From a virus, in IMG/VR virus record IMGVR_UViG_3300050196_000225, positions 1 to 64,000 of that record: a DNA stretch of 64,000 nucleotides; one strand, given 5' to 3'. Under the pieces are notes generated by a model, which had not been told where the DNA came from, did not search any database, and saw only the letters and a program-made list of their open reading frames with translations. The number at the start of each line of letters is the position of its first letter. Positions within the stretch are counted from its first letter, which is position 1. Positions 40,768 through 49,656 of the stretch are shown piece after piece. The position numbers and the translations under genes were made by a program.

Positions 40768-41405
40768 TCGCCCAGGGAGCCACGGGGCGTCACCAGGGCT
40801 TCTTGCTTGTCGGCGCGGGCTTGAGCTTGCGCGTCCGAGAAGCTGCCTTCAGCGTAGCGCGCCTTGTTTTTGGCGTTGCCCAGGTAGAGCTTTTCGATGT
40901 TGGCTTCGAGCGTGGTCTGACGCTCAATGTCCAAAAGACGGCGCACGCCTTCCAGATGCAGTTCCAGCTTGGTCAGCTGACCGACCAGAGCCTCGCGGTC
41001 CAGAGCCTTGTTGTAGACCACGAACTTCTTGACAGTGTCCAGCACGTCGCAAGCTGCGATCTGCGCTACGCTGGCTTCTTCGCCAGCGTAGTCAAAGTGA
41101 GGCACGCTGCCAACCAGAATCACGCCGGTCGTTTCGCCACGATCGATGCCAACGCGCTGGCGCAGACCTTCCAGGTAGAACTCCAGGTCGCCCAACTCCT
41201 CGATCACGTTGACGAGGTCGATGTCCTGATATTTCAGGGCCGACTCAACGAAGGCCGCCAACAGCTCGCCAGCCTCGCCAGCAATACCTGTTGCCATGTG
41301 CCAGGCGTCGGCCTTCTCGGGCGTCAAGCTGGCCAGGATGTCTGCGCCAGGCTTGACAAGCGCCTTGACCATCAGCTCATAGTTGATTTCGGATGCGCGG
41401 CTCAT
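40758..41405 (-). CDS. MazG-like nucleotide pyrophosphohydrolase
   Basis: 215 aa. IAGEAGELL...IEELGDLEFYLEG is a MazG-type EExxE/ExxD helix pair. Confidence 0.6.
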   Translation of the reverse strand: MSRASEINYELMVKALVKPGADILASLTPEKADAWHMATGIAGEAGELLAAFVESALKYQDIDLVNVIEELGDLEFYLEGLRQRVGIDRGETTGVILVGSVPHFDYAGEEASVAQIAACDVLDTVKKFVVYNKALDREALVGQLTKLELHLEGVRRLLDIERQTTLEANIEKLYLGNAKNKARYAEGSFSDAQAQARADKQEALVTPRGSLGECK

Positions 41406-41692
41406 TGGATTTCCTTTTTGAGTTGGTCCACAGTTGTGCCGACCACCGGTGTCAACATTTCAGTGAACTTGGTTTGAATGTCGCGAGCCAAAGCGGCTTC
41501 GGCGACGGATGCGTCATGGGCGGCGCGCGCCTCGACGATTGCTTGAGCCTGGCGTGTCGCTTCGGCTTCGTGATGGGCCTCCACATGCTTGAGGTCGTCC
41601 ATCGTTTTGGTGAATGCGGCCAGAACGCCGGAGACAGTGAGACGACGCGCTGGAGCGGGGGAAGAAATTCGCAAAAATGGCATTGCTGGCAT
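41402..41692 (-). CDS. hypothetical protein
   Basis: 96 aa from ATG 41692 (AAAGGAAC RBS). The track ORF starts at 41806, inside the thyX 3' end. Confidence 0.5.
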   Translation of the reverse strand: MPAMPFLRISSPAPARRLTVSGVLAAFTKTMDDLKHVEAHHEAEATRQAQAIVEARAAHDASVAEAALARDIQTKFTEMLTPVVGTTVDQLKKEIQ

Positions 41693-41720
41693 GACGTTCC
41701 TTTCGGTGGTTGATAAATAC

Positions 41721-41742
41721 CTCAGTGATGACTGAAGTATAG
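41721..41742 (-). promoter_or_regulatory. Palindrome-family element
   Basis: The minus strand reads CTATACTTCAGTCAtcacTGAGGTATTTATCaacc, 29 nt upstream of ATG 41692. Confidence 0.5.
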
Positions 41743-41753
41743 AGACGAAGAGC

Positions 41754-42683
41754 TTACTTTTTGAAGGACAGTTCGAGGAGCTTGCGGTGCTGAATCCAGC
41801 CGACAAGGTTGCCGTGCAGACCAGGCTTGTTCCAGTCCTCGATCACGTCAAAGTCGCCACTGTCATTGCCGATGTGATAGTTGACGATGGTGTCGGGCGT
41901 CGCTTGATGCTCGAATGGCGAGGCATGGATGGGGCGCGAGCCGGCCAGACGGTCGCACAGGTCCAGCTCCTCTTGCAAGGTGGCCTTGTTGCCATCGTGC
42001 TTGAGGTAGCTCACGCGGCAGCAGCGGGCGGCCGAAATTTTGCGCAACAGGTCGTTGCGCATTTCGTCAGTCCAAATGCACAACCCGTCAGGTCCACCCC
42101 GCAGGTGAACTTGAACGGCGGCGCGGTCCTCGTCGGTGACGTAGGGCAGGTGCCACTGGTCTGGCTCCAGAATGTCGGGGATTGACGCATCCATCGCCTG
42201 CTTCATCAGCACGGCCAGGTGACGAATCTCCGGCTGAGCGTCCTTGTGGTCACGCAGCCCAAAGAAGTTGTCCCACTCGGTCGCCGTGACGATCACGCTG
42301 ATCCACTGGAAGGGCTCCAGGATACGGTTGGCCACCTGCTTGTGAGCGCCGAGGGCAGCCATCTCTTCGGCGTTATTGGCGGCCTGCCAGGCTGCTCGGC
42401 ACCAGGCCGAGATTGCCAGGTCGCGCTCAAGGGCGTCCAGGCTCACGTCGGCCTGCATGCCGGGCTGGTTCTTGCCCCAATGGATCGGCATGGCGGGGTC
42501 GTTGCGCACCTGCTCGATCATCTTTGCCACCGGGATGGCGCGGGACGAACTGGCGTTGCGGCTGAACACCCGATGCGTCATGAACTCGGCATGGACGAAG
42601 CGGGGGTAGCGCAGCTGCATCGTGGCGATGCGCTTGCCAGTGTTCGAGCTGATCGAGTCAGCAATGATTTTGGCTTGAAACAT
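41754..42683 (-). CDS. thyX: flavin-dependent thymidylate synthase
   Basis: 309 aa with the ThyX signature MTHRVFSRNASSSRA (the RHRxxSxxxxSxR type). Confidence 0.8.
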   Translation of the reverse strand: MFQAKIIADSISSNTGKRIATMQLRYPRFVHAEFMTHRVFSRNASSSRAIPVAKMIEQVRNDPAMPIHWGKNQPGMQADVSLDALERDLAISAWCRAAWQAANNAEEMAALGAHKQVANRILEPFQWISVIVTATEWDNFFGLRDHKDAQPEIRHLAVLMKQAMDASIPDILEPDQWHLPYVTDEDRAAVQVHLRGGPDGLCIWTDEMRNDLLRKISAARCCRVSYLKHDGNKATLQEELDLCDRLAGSRPIHASPFEHQATPDTIVNYHIGNDSGDFDVIEDWNKPGLHGNLVGWIQHRKLLELSFKK

Positions 42684-43183
42684 CAGAATGACTCCGAGTG
42701 AGAGGCGTGCTTGTCCCAGTCGGCCAGGTATTTCTGGGCCAAAGCGGGGTCACGAATGACCAACACGTTTTCAGCGTTGGCTTTTTCAGCCGCGTTGCTG
42801 AAGTTGAAACTGCCGGTGATGACCGTCTTGCCGTCGATCAAGATCACCTTGTTGTGTTGGATCGGATGCTTGCGGTCCATCAGCGCGTGCGTCGCCGCAG
42901 CAACTTTGGCAGCGCAGCAGTATTGGTCAATGGTGGACTTGGATTGACTTTTGTCCACGATCACGTTCAGCGTCACGCCGCGTGCTTTGGCCGCAATCAG
43001 GGCTTCAGCGATCGGCTTGGATGTCAGCTGATAGGTCATGACACGAATGTCGGTTTTGGCAGCGTCGATCTCGCGCACCAGGGCAGCAGTTGCGCCGCCA
43101 TTGGGGCTGAAATACACGTCGATGGGCGCGGCGTTAACGATGCCGAAGACGGTCAGCAGCGCCAACGTGAAGAACTTTTTCAT
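42683..43183 (-). CDS. secreted PLD-family (Nuc-like) endonuclease/phosphodiesterase
   Basis: Sec signal peptide MKKFFTLALLTVFGIVNA/AP. Single HKD motif HNKVILIDGKTVITGSFNFSNAAEKANAEN. Confidence 0.8.
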   Translation of the reverse strand: MKKFFTLALLTVFGIVNAAPIDVYFSPNGGATAALVREIDAAKTDIRVMTYQLTSKPIAEALIAAKARGVTLNVIVDKSQSKSTIDQYCCAAKVAAATHALMDRKHPIQHNKVILIDGKTVITGSFNFSNAAEKANAENVLVIRDPALAQKYLADWDKHASHSESF

Positions 43184-43186
43184 GAA

Positions 43187-43693
43187 TTACTTTCGGCGAG
43201 AGAATGAGCCAGGGCGAAATGTCGGGGCTGGCGACGGACGGGGCGCTGCTGCAGGAATCGGGCGAGGGGCCTGATAGACGTGATTCACCACCGTGCGGTT
43301 GATAATGGGTCGCGGAGGTGGCGGCGCGTAATGAGGAGCTGCCGGCGCGGGGCTTTGGCGGCCGTTCATCATGTTGGTCACAGCATGGCCAACCAACGCG
43401 CCTGTGATCATGTCGCTCATGCCAGAGTGACCCGAGCCGCCCTGCACGACGACTGGCGCTTGAGCCGGCTGTGCGTAGACCACCGGGGCCTGCTGCGCTT
43501 GCTGCGCAGCCTCTTGGTATTGAGGCTGCTGTTGCGCTTGCGCCTGGTATGCAGGCTGGTCGAACGCGGTGACTGGACCGCGGCCGACATTGCTCGGGGC
43601 TGAACACGAGTGAATCAGCAGGATCAGCGCGAGCAAAGACAGCGCTGCGATGGCCACGATCAGGTGGCGAGGGTTGAGGTCTTCAAATTTCAC
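43187..43693 (-). CDS. membrane-anchored or lipoprotein-like Gln/Pro-rich protein
   Basis: 168 aa with a GTG start. N-terminal hydrophobic helix ending LLIHSC, which may be a lipobox. Q/A/P-rich low-complexity body. Confidence 0.5.
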   Translation of the reverse strand: MKFEDLNPRHLIVAIAALSLLALILLIHSCSAPSNVGRGPVTAFDQPAYQAQAQQQPQYQEAAQQAQQAPVVYAQPAQAPVVVQGGSGHSGMSDMITGALVGHAVTNMMNGRQSPAPAAPHYAPPPPRPIINRTVVNHVYQAPRPIPAAAPRPSPAPTFRPGSFSRRK

Positions 43694-43838
43694 GGTTAAA
43701 CACCTTTTTGAAGCTGGACTGGCGATAAGAGAGCGATCGCTTCCAGCTGCGTTGAATGGACAGGGTCAGGGCAACGCCCAACCCCGCGCTGACGCTCGTC
43801 CAAACGAGCATGCCCAGGGGCGACAGGGTGATATACAT
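43683..43838 (-). CDS. small membrane protein (51 aa)
   Basis: Hand-translated as MYITLSPLGMLVWTSVSAGLGVALTLSIQRSWKRSLSYRQSSFKKVFNREI. One TM helix. Confidence 0.4.
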   Translation of the reverse strand: MYITLSPLGMLVWTSVSAGLGVALTLSIQRSWKRSLSYRQSSFKKVFNREI

Positions 43839-43841
43839 GGA

Positions 43842-44357
43842 TCAGCCAGAGATTGGCTTCAGTGGCGACGGCAAGTTCTCATTGCAGCGCGCAGCCTCTT
43901 TGAAATGCGGGCCTGCCTTGAAGTCGTTCTCGACGTAGCAGCCAAGGGCCGAAGAACTGGTGGAGCAATAGACCCGGATCTTGGTCGGCTGCCCACTCTC
44001 GTCTTTGAGTTTGGCGTTCATGATGTTGGCCCATCCCCAACCAGAGCCTTGAGGGCAGGCGGGGTCGATGTAGTCATCGGTGTGCGGGATCACGCGCCAG
44101 TCAGACGCCGGCTGAAAGCGCGGGTTGAGCGCAAAGTAGCCAGACACGTTGGCAACGATGTTGTTCATGGCCGTTTGTCGGTTTTGCTCCAGCATGTTTT
44201 GAACCTTCTGGTTCTCTTCGGCATGCGACAGGCGTTCCGTGCGCAGCTCAGACTCGGTCGGCGGGCGGGGCGCGGGCGGCTCAGGTTGCGGCGAACATGC
44301 GGCCAGAGCCACAAGCAGGCCCAAAGAGGCTGCGAACAATGCAAAAGTTTTCTTCAT
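43842..44357 (-). CDS. lipoprotein
   Basis: 171 aa from ATG 44357 (AAAGGAG RBS). Signal peptide plus lipobox MKKTFALFAASLGLLVALAAC. Confidence 0.65.
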   Translation of the reverse strand: MKKTFALFAASLGLLVALAACSPQPEPPAPRPPTESELRTERLSHAEENQKVQNMLEQNRQTAMNNIVANVSGYFALNPRFQPASDWRVIPHTDDYIDPACPQGSGWGWANIMNAKLKDESGQPTKIRVYCSTSSSALGCYVENDFKAGPHFKEAARCNENLPSPLKPISG

Positions 44358-44419
44358 GGATAGCTCCTTTGTTGAGAGAAAAGTGACCCTGGCACGGGAG
44401 CGGCCAGGGTCAGGGAAAA

Positions 44420-45421
44420 TCACCACTCCAGGGCGCCACCAACGGCGTAGGAGGAAACCTTGCCTTCGAAGAAGTTGGTTTCAACGCCATTGACGGCGCT
44501 GAACTTCTTGACCCAGGGCACCGGGTTTTTCACGCCTGGGTATGGCGGGAACATGCCGACCAGGGCTGCACGCTCGTTCGCCAGCGTTCGGATATAGTCG
44601 TCAACGATCTGGTCTGTGGCGCCCAGCACGCCGCCCTTGATGATGTAGCGGCCCCAGGCCGACTCCAAGTCAACAGCGTCACGGAACAGCTTGCCGGCCT
44701 CTTCGTAGAACTCGGCGTCGAAGACTTCCGGGTGCTCGACCTTGAGCGTCTCCAGCATGGCCACGAACAGCTTCAGGTGCGTGCCCTCTTCATCGCGCTG
44801 GATCAGGCGGATCATGTCGCACGAGCCCAGCATCTTGCCGTTGCGGGCCAGCAGGTAGAAGGCCAGGAAGCCACTGAAGAAGTAGATGCCTTCGAGCAGG
44901 ATGTTGGACACCACCGCCAGGGCAAACGCGCGTGGCGAGAACTCGGTGCCCAGCGCTGCGCTTTGGCGCAAGATGTGCTCGTTCTTGGCCGCCAGCAGAC
45001 CGTCTCGCTCGAAGGTCATGTAGACGCTCATCGGGTCCAGGCTGATCGCCTCGATCATCGAACTGTAGGCATCGACGTGCAGGGCCTCTTCGAAGGCCTG
45101 GCGCGCGATCAGCATCGACACTTCAGGCGAAGTGATGTGGTGCCCGATGTTTTGCGTCAGGTTGTTGAACTGGATGCCGTCCAGGTTCGACAAGAAGGCC
45201 AGCGCCTTGTCATACATGAAACGCTCGGCGTCGGTGAGCTTTTCCTTGTAGCAAGCCACGTCGCGAGACAGGTCCACTTCTTGAGCGGTCCAGTTGTTTT
45301 GCAACATGATCTGCCAGATCTCGCGCGCCCACTTGTGCTTCATGGGGCTGATCGCCATCAGGTTGTCTTTGGGGCCGAGAATGAGGCGACGCTCGTTCAC
45401 TCGGCTGCTGTAATCGGTCAT
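44420..45421 (-). CDS. nrdB: ribonucleotide reductase class I beta subunit
   Basis: Di-iron ligand motifs FEEALHVDAY and RDEEGTHL, plus LLEGIYFFSGF. 333 aa. Confidence 0.9.
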   Translation of the reverse strand: MTDYSSRVNERRLILGPKDNLMAISPMKHKWAREIWQIMLQNNWTAQEVDLSRDVACYKEKLTDAERFMYDKALAFLSNLDGIQFNNLTQNIGHHITSPEVSMLIARQAFEEALHVDAYSSMIEAISLDPMSVYMTFERDGLLAAKNEHILRQSAALGTEFSPRAFALAVVSNILLEGIYFFSGFLAFYLLARNGKMLGSCDMIRLIQRDEEGTHLKLFVAMLETLKVEHPEVFDAEFYEEAGKLFRDAVDLESAWGRYIIKGGVLGATDQIVDDYIRTLANERAALVGMFPPYPGVKNPVPWVKKFSAVNGVETNFFEGKVSSYAVGGALEW

Positions 45422-45439
45422 AGGTAAACACCTTTTCAG

Positions 45440-45463
45440 AAAAAGGCGGGACTGTTGCCCGCC
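45440..45463 (-). terminator. Rho-independent terminator 19 nt upstream of the nrdB start
   Basis: The minus strand reads GGCGGG-caacagt-CCCGCC-TTTTT. It lies between the palindrome+TATACT element and nrdB. Confidence 0.65.
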
Positions 45464-45478
45464 CTTGAATGCCCTTAG

Positions 45479-45498
45479 TATAGCTCAGTGATGACTTA
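45479..45498 (-). promoter_or_regulatory. Palindrome+TATACT element
   Basis: The minus strand reads gaTAAGTCAtcacTGAGCTATACTaaggg. Confidence 0.55.
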
Positions 45499-45521
45499 TC
45501 AAGTCAGGAGAACAGAGCGCG

Positions 45522-47753
45522 TCATTGGCACGATTCACAGTCCGGGTTGTCGATGGCGCACTGCTTGACTTCCGCGATGGGCTGCGGGCCGGCGGGCTGA
45601 CCCTTGACCTCGGCAGACTGGCTGCGCAGGTAGTAGGTCGTCTTCAGGCCCAACTTCCAGGCGTTCATGTAGATGGCGGCCAGGTCTTTGCCCTTGACGC
45701 CAGCTTTGACGAAGATGTTCACAGACTGGGCCTGGTCGAGCCACTTTTGGCGAACGGCCGCAGCTCGGATGATCCACGTCGGGTCGATCTCGAAGGCCTC
45801 CTTGCACAGCTCAGGGCGGCCGTGGCGCAGCGCCGGGTCCACCACCACGAAGCTGCCAGACAGGTTGGACTTGGTCACTTCACGCTCAAACACTGGCTCG
45901 ATCGTGGCGGTGGTGCCGACGATGTTGCTGATAGTGGCGGTCGGGGCGATGGCCATCACGTTGGAGTTGCGCATGCCATACGTGCGGATCTTCTCGCGCA
46001 GACCAGCCCAGTCCATCGTGGTGGCAATTGGATTGCGCGCCGTGTCGATGGGCAGGATGCCGCGCGACCACTTGGAGCCATCAAACGAAGCGTAGGCGCC
46101 GCGCTCTTTGGCCAACTCGCAGCTGGCGTCAATGGCGAAGAAGCTGATCTTCTCAAACAGCTTGTTCACTTCGGCCAAGTGCTCGAAGGACTCCCAGTCG
46201 ATGCCGCGTTGGACCAGATACTCGGTGTAGCCCATGACACCCAGGCCGATCGGGCGGTGCTTCATGTTCGACGCTTCGGCGCGGTCTGAGGGGTAGAAGT
46301 TGATGTCGATCACGTTGTCCAGCATGCGCACAGCAGTTTTGATGACAGCCTTGAGCTGGTCATCGCCCTTGATGTGCGACAGGTTGATGGACCCGAGGTT
46401 GCACACGGCGGTTTCGGTGCTGGACGTGTTCAGAGTGATTTCCGTGCACAGATTGGAGCTGTGGATCACACCGACGTGGTCTTGAGGGTTGCGGCGGTTG
46501 CACTCGTCCTTGAAGGTCACCCAGGGGTGGCCAGTTTCGAACAAGCTGGTCAGCCATTTGCGCCACACTTCGACAGCAGGCTTTTGAAAGCGGAACTTGC
46601 CCTGACGCTCCAGCTCGACGTAGCGGGCCTCGAAGGCGTCGCCATACAGCTCGTGCAGTTCGGGGAAGTCGGCGGGACTGAAGAAACTCCACACGCCCTC
46701 CTCTTCCACGCGCTTGAAGAACAGGTCGGGCGCCCAGACGGCCGGGTAAATGTCATGCGCGCGCCGACGCTCTTCGCCGACGTTCTTTTTGAGGTCGCAG
46801 AAGTCGTAAAAGTCCGGGTGCCAGGGCTCCAGGTAGGCGGCGAAGGCACCATTGCGCTTGCCACCTTGGTTCACGGCCACCGCGGTGTCGTTGAACAGCT
46901 TGAGGTAGGGCACCACGCCAGAGGACTTGCCATTGGTGCCCTTGATCAGGTCGCCAGCGCCACGCACGGGCGTCCAGTCGGTGCCAATGCCGCCCGCATA
47001 CTTGCTCAGGTTGGCGCACTCCTCGACCACGCCGAAGATCGAGGCGTATTTGTGCTCGCCGGGGCCGGCAGAGATCGTGTCGGCTGCCTGGTTCAGGTAG
47101 CAGGACGACAGCTGTTGGTGCAGCGTGCCAGAGTTGAACAGCGTCGGGGTGGACGACATGAAGTCGAAGGACGACAGCAGCTCGTAGAACTCAATGGCGC
47201 GCTCGGTCTTGTTGGACTCGCGCTGGGCCAGGCCCATCGCCACACGCATGAAGAAGTGCTGTGGCAGCTCGATGATGTTGCCGGCCTTGCCCGCGCCCAC
47301 ATTGGCGCGCAGCAGGTAGCGGTCCACTACAGTCTGCAGGCCCACGTAGGTGAATTGCAGGTCGCGCTCTGGCTTGATAGCGTCATTCAGCCGGTTCAAG
47401 TCGAAGCTGAGCATGTCAGGCGTCACGAGGCCGTGCCCGATCGCGACGGCAATGTAGGCGCCCAGGCGCGGATACTCCGTCGAGCCGGCCACTTCCTTGT
47501 AGAGCTTTTGCAGCAGCAGGCGGGCAGCCGTAAAGGTAGCGTCCTGGCACTCGACGCTGATCATGCCCGAGGCGGCATGGATCATCGCGTCATGAAAGTC
47601 GCTGGTCTTCATGCCGTCAAAGACGAGCATGCCCGTCTCCAGCTCCAGCTGCGATTGCGACACGTTCAGACCGTCGGTGGCCCACTTCGTCATCTTGTGG
47701 ATTTTTTCGATCTGATATGGCTCGCTGGAGCCGTCGCGCTTGGTGACGTTCAT
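45522..47753 (-). CDS. nrdA: ribonucleotide reductase class I alpha subunit
   Basis: 743 aa. N-terminal ATP-cone (VTKRDGSSEPYQIEKI), active-site SSNLCTEITL and C-terminal Cys pair CESC. Confidence 0.95.
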   Translation of the reverse strand: MNVTKRDGSSEPYQIEKIHKMTKWATDGLNVSQSQLELETGMLVFDGMKTSDFHDAMIHAASGMISVECQDATFTAARLLLQKLYKEVAGSTEYPRLGAYIAVAIGHGLVTPDMLSFDLNRLNDAIKPERDLQFTYVGLQTVVDRYLLRANVGAGKAGNIIELPQHFFMRVAMGLAQRESNKTERAIEFYELLSSFDFMSSTPTLFNSGTLHQQLSSCYLNQAADTISAGPGEHKYASIFGVVEECANLSKYAGGIGTDWTPVRGAGDLIKGTNGKSSGVVPYLKLFNDTAVAVNQGGKRNGAFAAYLEPWHPDFYDFCDLKKNVGEERRRAHDIYPAVWAPDLFFKRVEEEGVWSFFSPADFPELHELYGDAFEARYVELERQGKFRFQKPAVEVWRKWLTSLFETGHPWVTFKDECNRRNPQDHVGVIHSSNLCTEITLNTSSTETAVCNLGSINLSHIKGDDQLKAVIKTAVRMLDNVIDINFYPSDRAEASNMKHRPIGLGVMGYTEYLVQRGIDWESFEHLAEVNKLFEKISFFAIDASCELAKERGAYASFDGSKWSRGILPIDTARNPIATTMDWAGLREKIRTYGMRNSNVMAIAPTATISNIVGTTATIEPVFEREVTKSNLSGSFVVVDPALRHGRPELCKEAFEIDPTWIIRAAAVRQKWLDQAQSVNIFVKAGVKGKDLAAIYMNAWKLGLKTTYYLRSQSAEVKGQPAGPQPIAEVKQCAIDNPDCESCQ

Positions 47754-47792
47754 TCAATGTCCTTGTTGATCTTTGAGAAAGGGAAAGGAGTC

Positions 47793-47812
47793 TAGCTCAG
47801 TGGTGACTGAAG
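47793..47812 (-). promoter_or_regulatory. Palindrome-family element
   Basis: The minus strand reads CTTCAGTCAccacTGAGCTAGACTcc, 40 nt upstream of the nrdA ATG. Confidence 0.5.
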
Positions 47813-47828
47813 TCAATATAAGAGCCAA

Positions 47829-48113
47829 TCACCACTGGTCTGTCCGTGTCTTGGGCTTGTCGCTGTCACTTGACTTAGACGAAATTGAGGCTATGGTGAT
47901 GGTGGGTTTTGGCATCAACGGCGTCAAGATGGCTTTGTAATTGCCAGCCGCTAAGTGCTCCGTCAGCTCCTGACTTAGATCATCAGCCTCAATTTCCATC
48001 GTGACGAATCTCCTACCCACCGCAGGCACTGGATACATGGTCCCAAGCACACGAATTGGCACACGGTCCTCGTGGATCTCAAAGCTCTTAATTCGAACCT
48101 CAGTAATCACCAT
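47829..48113 (-). CDS. hypothetical protein with a PKT..D.W tail
   Basis: 94 aa, ending DKPKTRTDQW. Confidence 0.55.
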   Translation of the reverse strand: MVITEVRIKSFEIHEDRVPIRVLGTMYPVPAVGRRFVTMEIEADDLSQELTEHLAAGNYKAILTPLMPKPTITIASISSKSSDSDKPKTRTDQW

Positions 48114-48397
48114 GCGTCCTTATCGACGGTTTTTGGAATGTCGACGTTCGTCTTTTTAGTTGCCATCGCCGCGTAGGCATTGGCATTGGCGTCTACGATA
48201 TGGCTTTCATCGAAAACGATACTGTCAAATGCCTTGCCTCGAATCTTCCCGTCAGACGCCGGTATAAATGGCAGATCTGTGAGAATTGAGCTTTTTTCAG
48301 TGAGCATGTCGATCATTTCCTGCGTCAAGGTCACTTTGCCAATGCGACGGCCACCAGTTGTCACTGTGCCCCTGAGTCGCTTTTTGTCATCTGTCAT
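48107..48397 (-). CDS. hypothetical protein with a PKT..D.AW tail
   Basis: 96 aa from ATG 48397, ending DIPKTVDKDAW. Confidence 0.55.
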   Translation of the reverse strand: MTDDKKRLRGTVTTGGRRIGKVTLTQEMIDMLTEKSSILTDLPFIPASDGKIRGKAFDSIVFDESHIVDANANAYAAMATKKTNVDIPKTVDKDAW

Positions 48398-48429
48398 CAC
48401 TGAAATTCCAGTAGAAGCGTTTGTCTAAG

Positions 48430-48448
48430 TATAGTCAGTGATGACTTA
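48430..48448 (-). promoter_or_regulatory. Palindrome+TATACT element
   Basis: The minus strand reads gaTAAGTCAtcacTGACTATACTTAGACAAac. Confidence 0.55.
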
Positions 48449-48453
48449 TCGTA

Positions 48454-49026
48454 TTAGGCAACCTTCATCGACTTGAACATTGCGATGGCGCCCTTGAACT
48501 CGGCCGTTGCGATGCCCGCTTTGATGGCAAAAAGCGCGTCCGCCAAGTGCTCGTTGTCGCCAGTCAGCAGCAGTTCGCCTTTGAACTTGCGCGTCAGCCA
48601 TTTGGCATAGGGGTGCGCTTCAACCGCCGCGTCGATCATTTCGCTCTTGGTGGCCGTGGCGAAACCTGTCCCAGCCTTCTTGACTTCAGTCGGCGTGACC
48701 TGGATCATCGGGATGGGGTGAGAGGCCAAAACACCAAGACACATCCCGTAGGATGCCATTGCACGCGCGGACTGCGAGCCCACTGGCACCTCAACAAAGG
48801 CGAAGGATGCGTCTTTGCAGGCGTCCTGGAAGCCCTCGTAGAGCAGCCGCGCCCTGCGCAAGTCGTCCGAGTTCTTGCGCACGGTCTTTTGCTTCTTGGC
48901 GTCGTCCTCAGACTCGACCAGAATCATGTCGTCCACTTTGAATTTCAGCGACTCGATGTCCAGTGTGGCCTTGACGAGGCCGAAATTGCGCAGGCTGGGA
49001 TCGCAGCCAACTACTTTGATATCCAT
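48454..49026 (-). CDS. RuvC-like Holliday junction resolvase
   Basis: 190 aa. VVGCDPSLRNFG (Asp 1), FAFVEVPVG (Glu) and NEHLADALFAI (C-terminal acidic motif). Confidence 0.6.
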   Translation of the reverse strand: MDIKVVGCDPSLRNFGLVKATLDIESLKFKVDDMILVESEDDAKKQKTVRKNSDDLRRARLLYEGFQDACKDASFAFVEVPVGSQSARAMASYGMCLGVLASHPIPMIQVTPTEVKKAGTGFATATKSEMIDAAVEAHPYAKWLTRKFKGELLLTGDNEHLADALFAIKAGIATAEFKGAIAMFKSMKVA

Positions 49027-49038
49027 GATGGTTCCTTT

Positions 49039-49656
49039 TTACCAACTGCCATAACCGAGCGCCTGATACTCGGGGCGAGCCAGGCGTTCGTCGTTCTCTT
49101 TCTTGCTCTGAACTTCAACATGCGCTGCGGCGCGTGCCGCAAGAATGGGTCTGATGCCTGAGCTGGCCATGAACCCGTCAAACTCGCCAAGAAGAGCGCT
49201 AGCCTCTTGCAGACCCATCTCCACGCTCTTGTAGTCGGACGCAGCTACAGGCTCAAAGACAAAGACAGGCTGGTCTTTCTTGCCGATGTAGCAGCTGACC
49301 AGGGCAAACTCTTCGCCGCCGATATGTGGCCGCTTGGCGTATTGACCTGTTTTCTTGACGATGGTCAGCGACTTTGGCTCCATCAGCTCAAACCGACCTC
49401 GGCTTGTCAGGATGCAGTGGTTGAGCGCCTCGACAAAATCGTCGCGCGTCCAGTCGCCTGGTGGAGGGAAAGAGGTCTTAAACTTGGCGTCAACCGACTT
49501 TTTCATGTTCATCGTCAAATAACCGCTCGCCAAAGCGGCAGCTTTTCGCTCTGCTGCCCTGTGCGACTTCCAGGTCGATGGCTCATCAGAATGAAAGCCT
49601 GGCTCCAGAACATCTTTCATGGTGGGGCCAGATTTTGTGTATTCAGAAATGGCCAT
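49039..49656 (-). CDS. hypothetical protein (ends ...GYGSW)
   Basis: About 205 aa from ATG 49656. ATG 49620 is an alternative start. Confidence 0.5.
   Translation of the reverse strand: MAISEYTKSGPTMKDVLEPGFHSDEPSTWKSHRAAERKAAALASGYLTMNMKKSVDAKFKTSFPPPGDWTRDDFVEALNHCILTSRGRFELMEPKSLTIVKKTGQYAKRPHIGGEEFALVSCYIGKKDQPVFVFEPVAASDYKSVEMGLQEASALLGEFDGFMASSGIRPILAARAAAHVEVQSKKENDERLARPEYQALGYGSW

Noticed and set aside
44420-45421. Counting NrdB (ends ...GGALEW) as a member of the PKT..D.AW tail family
   Set aside because: It lacks the PKT..D part. RNR beta subunits generally end in an acidic or small stretch plus a hydrophobic or aromatic residue for their own reasons (binding the alpha subunit). 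It is kept only as a possible hint to the hub, not as evidence for the family.
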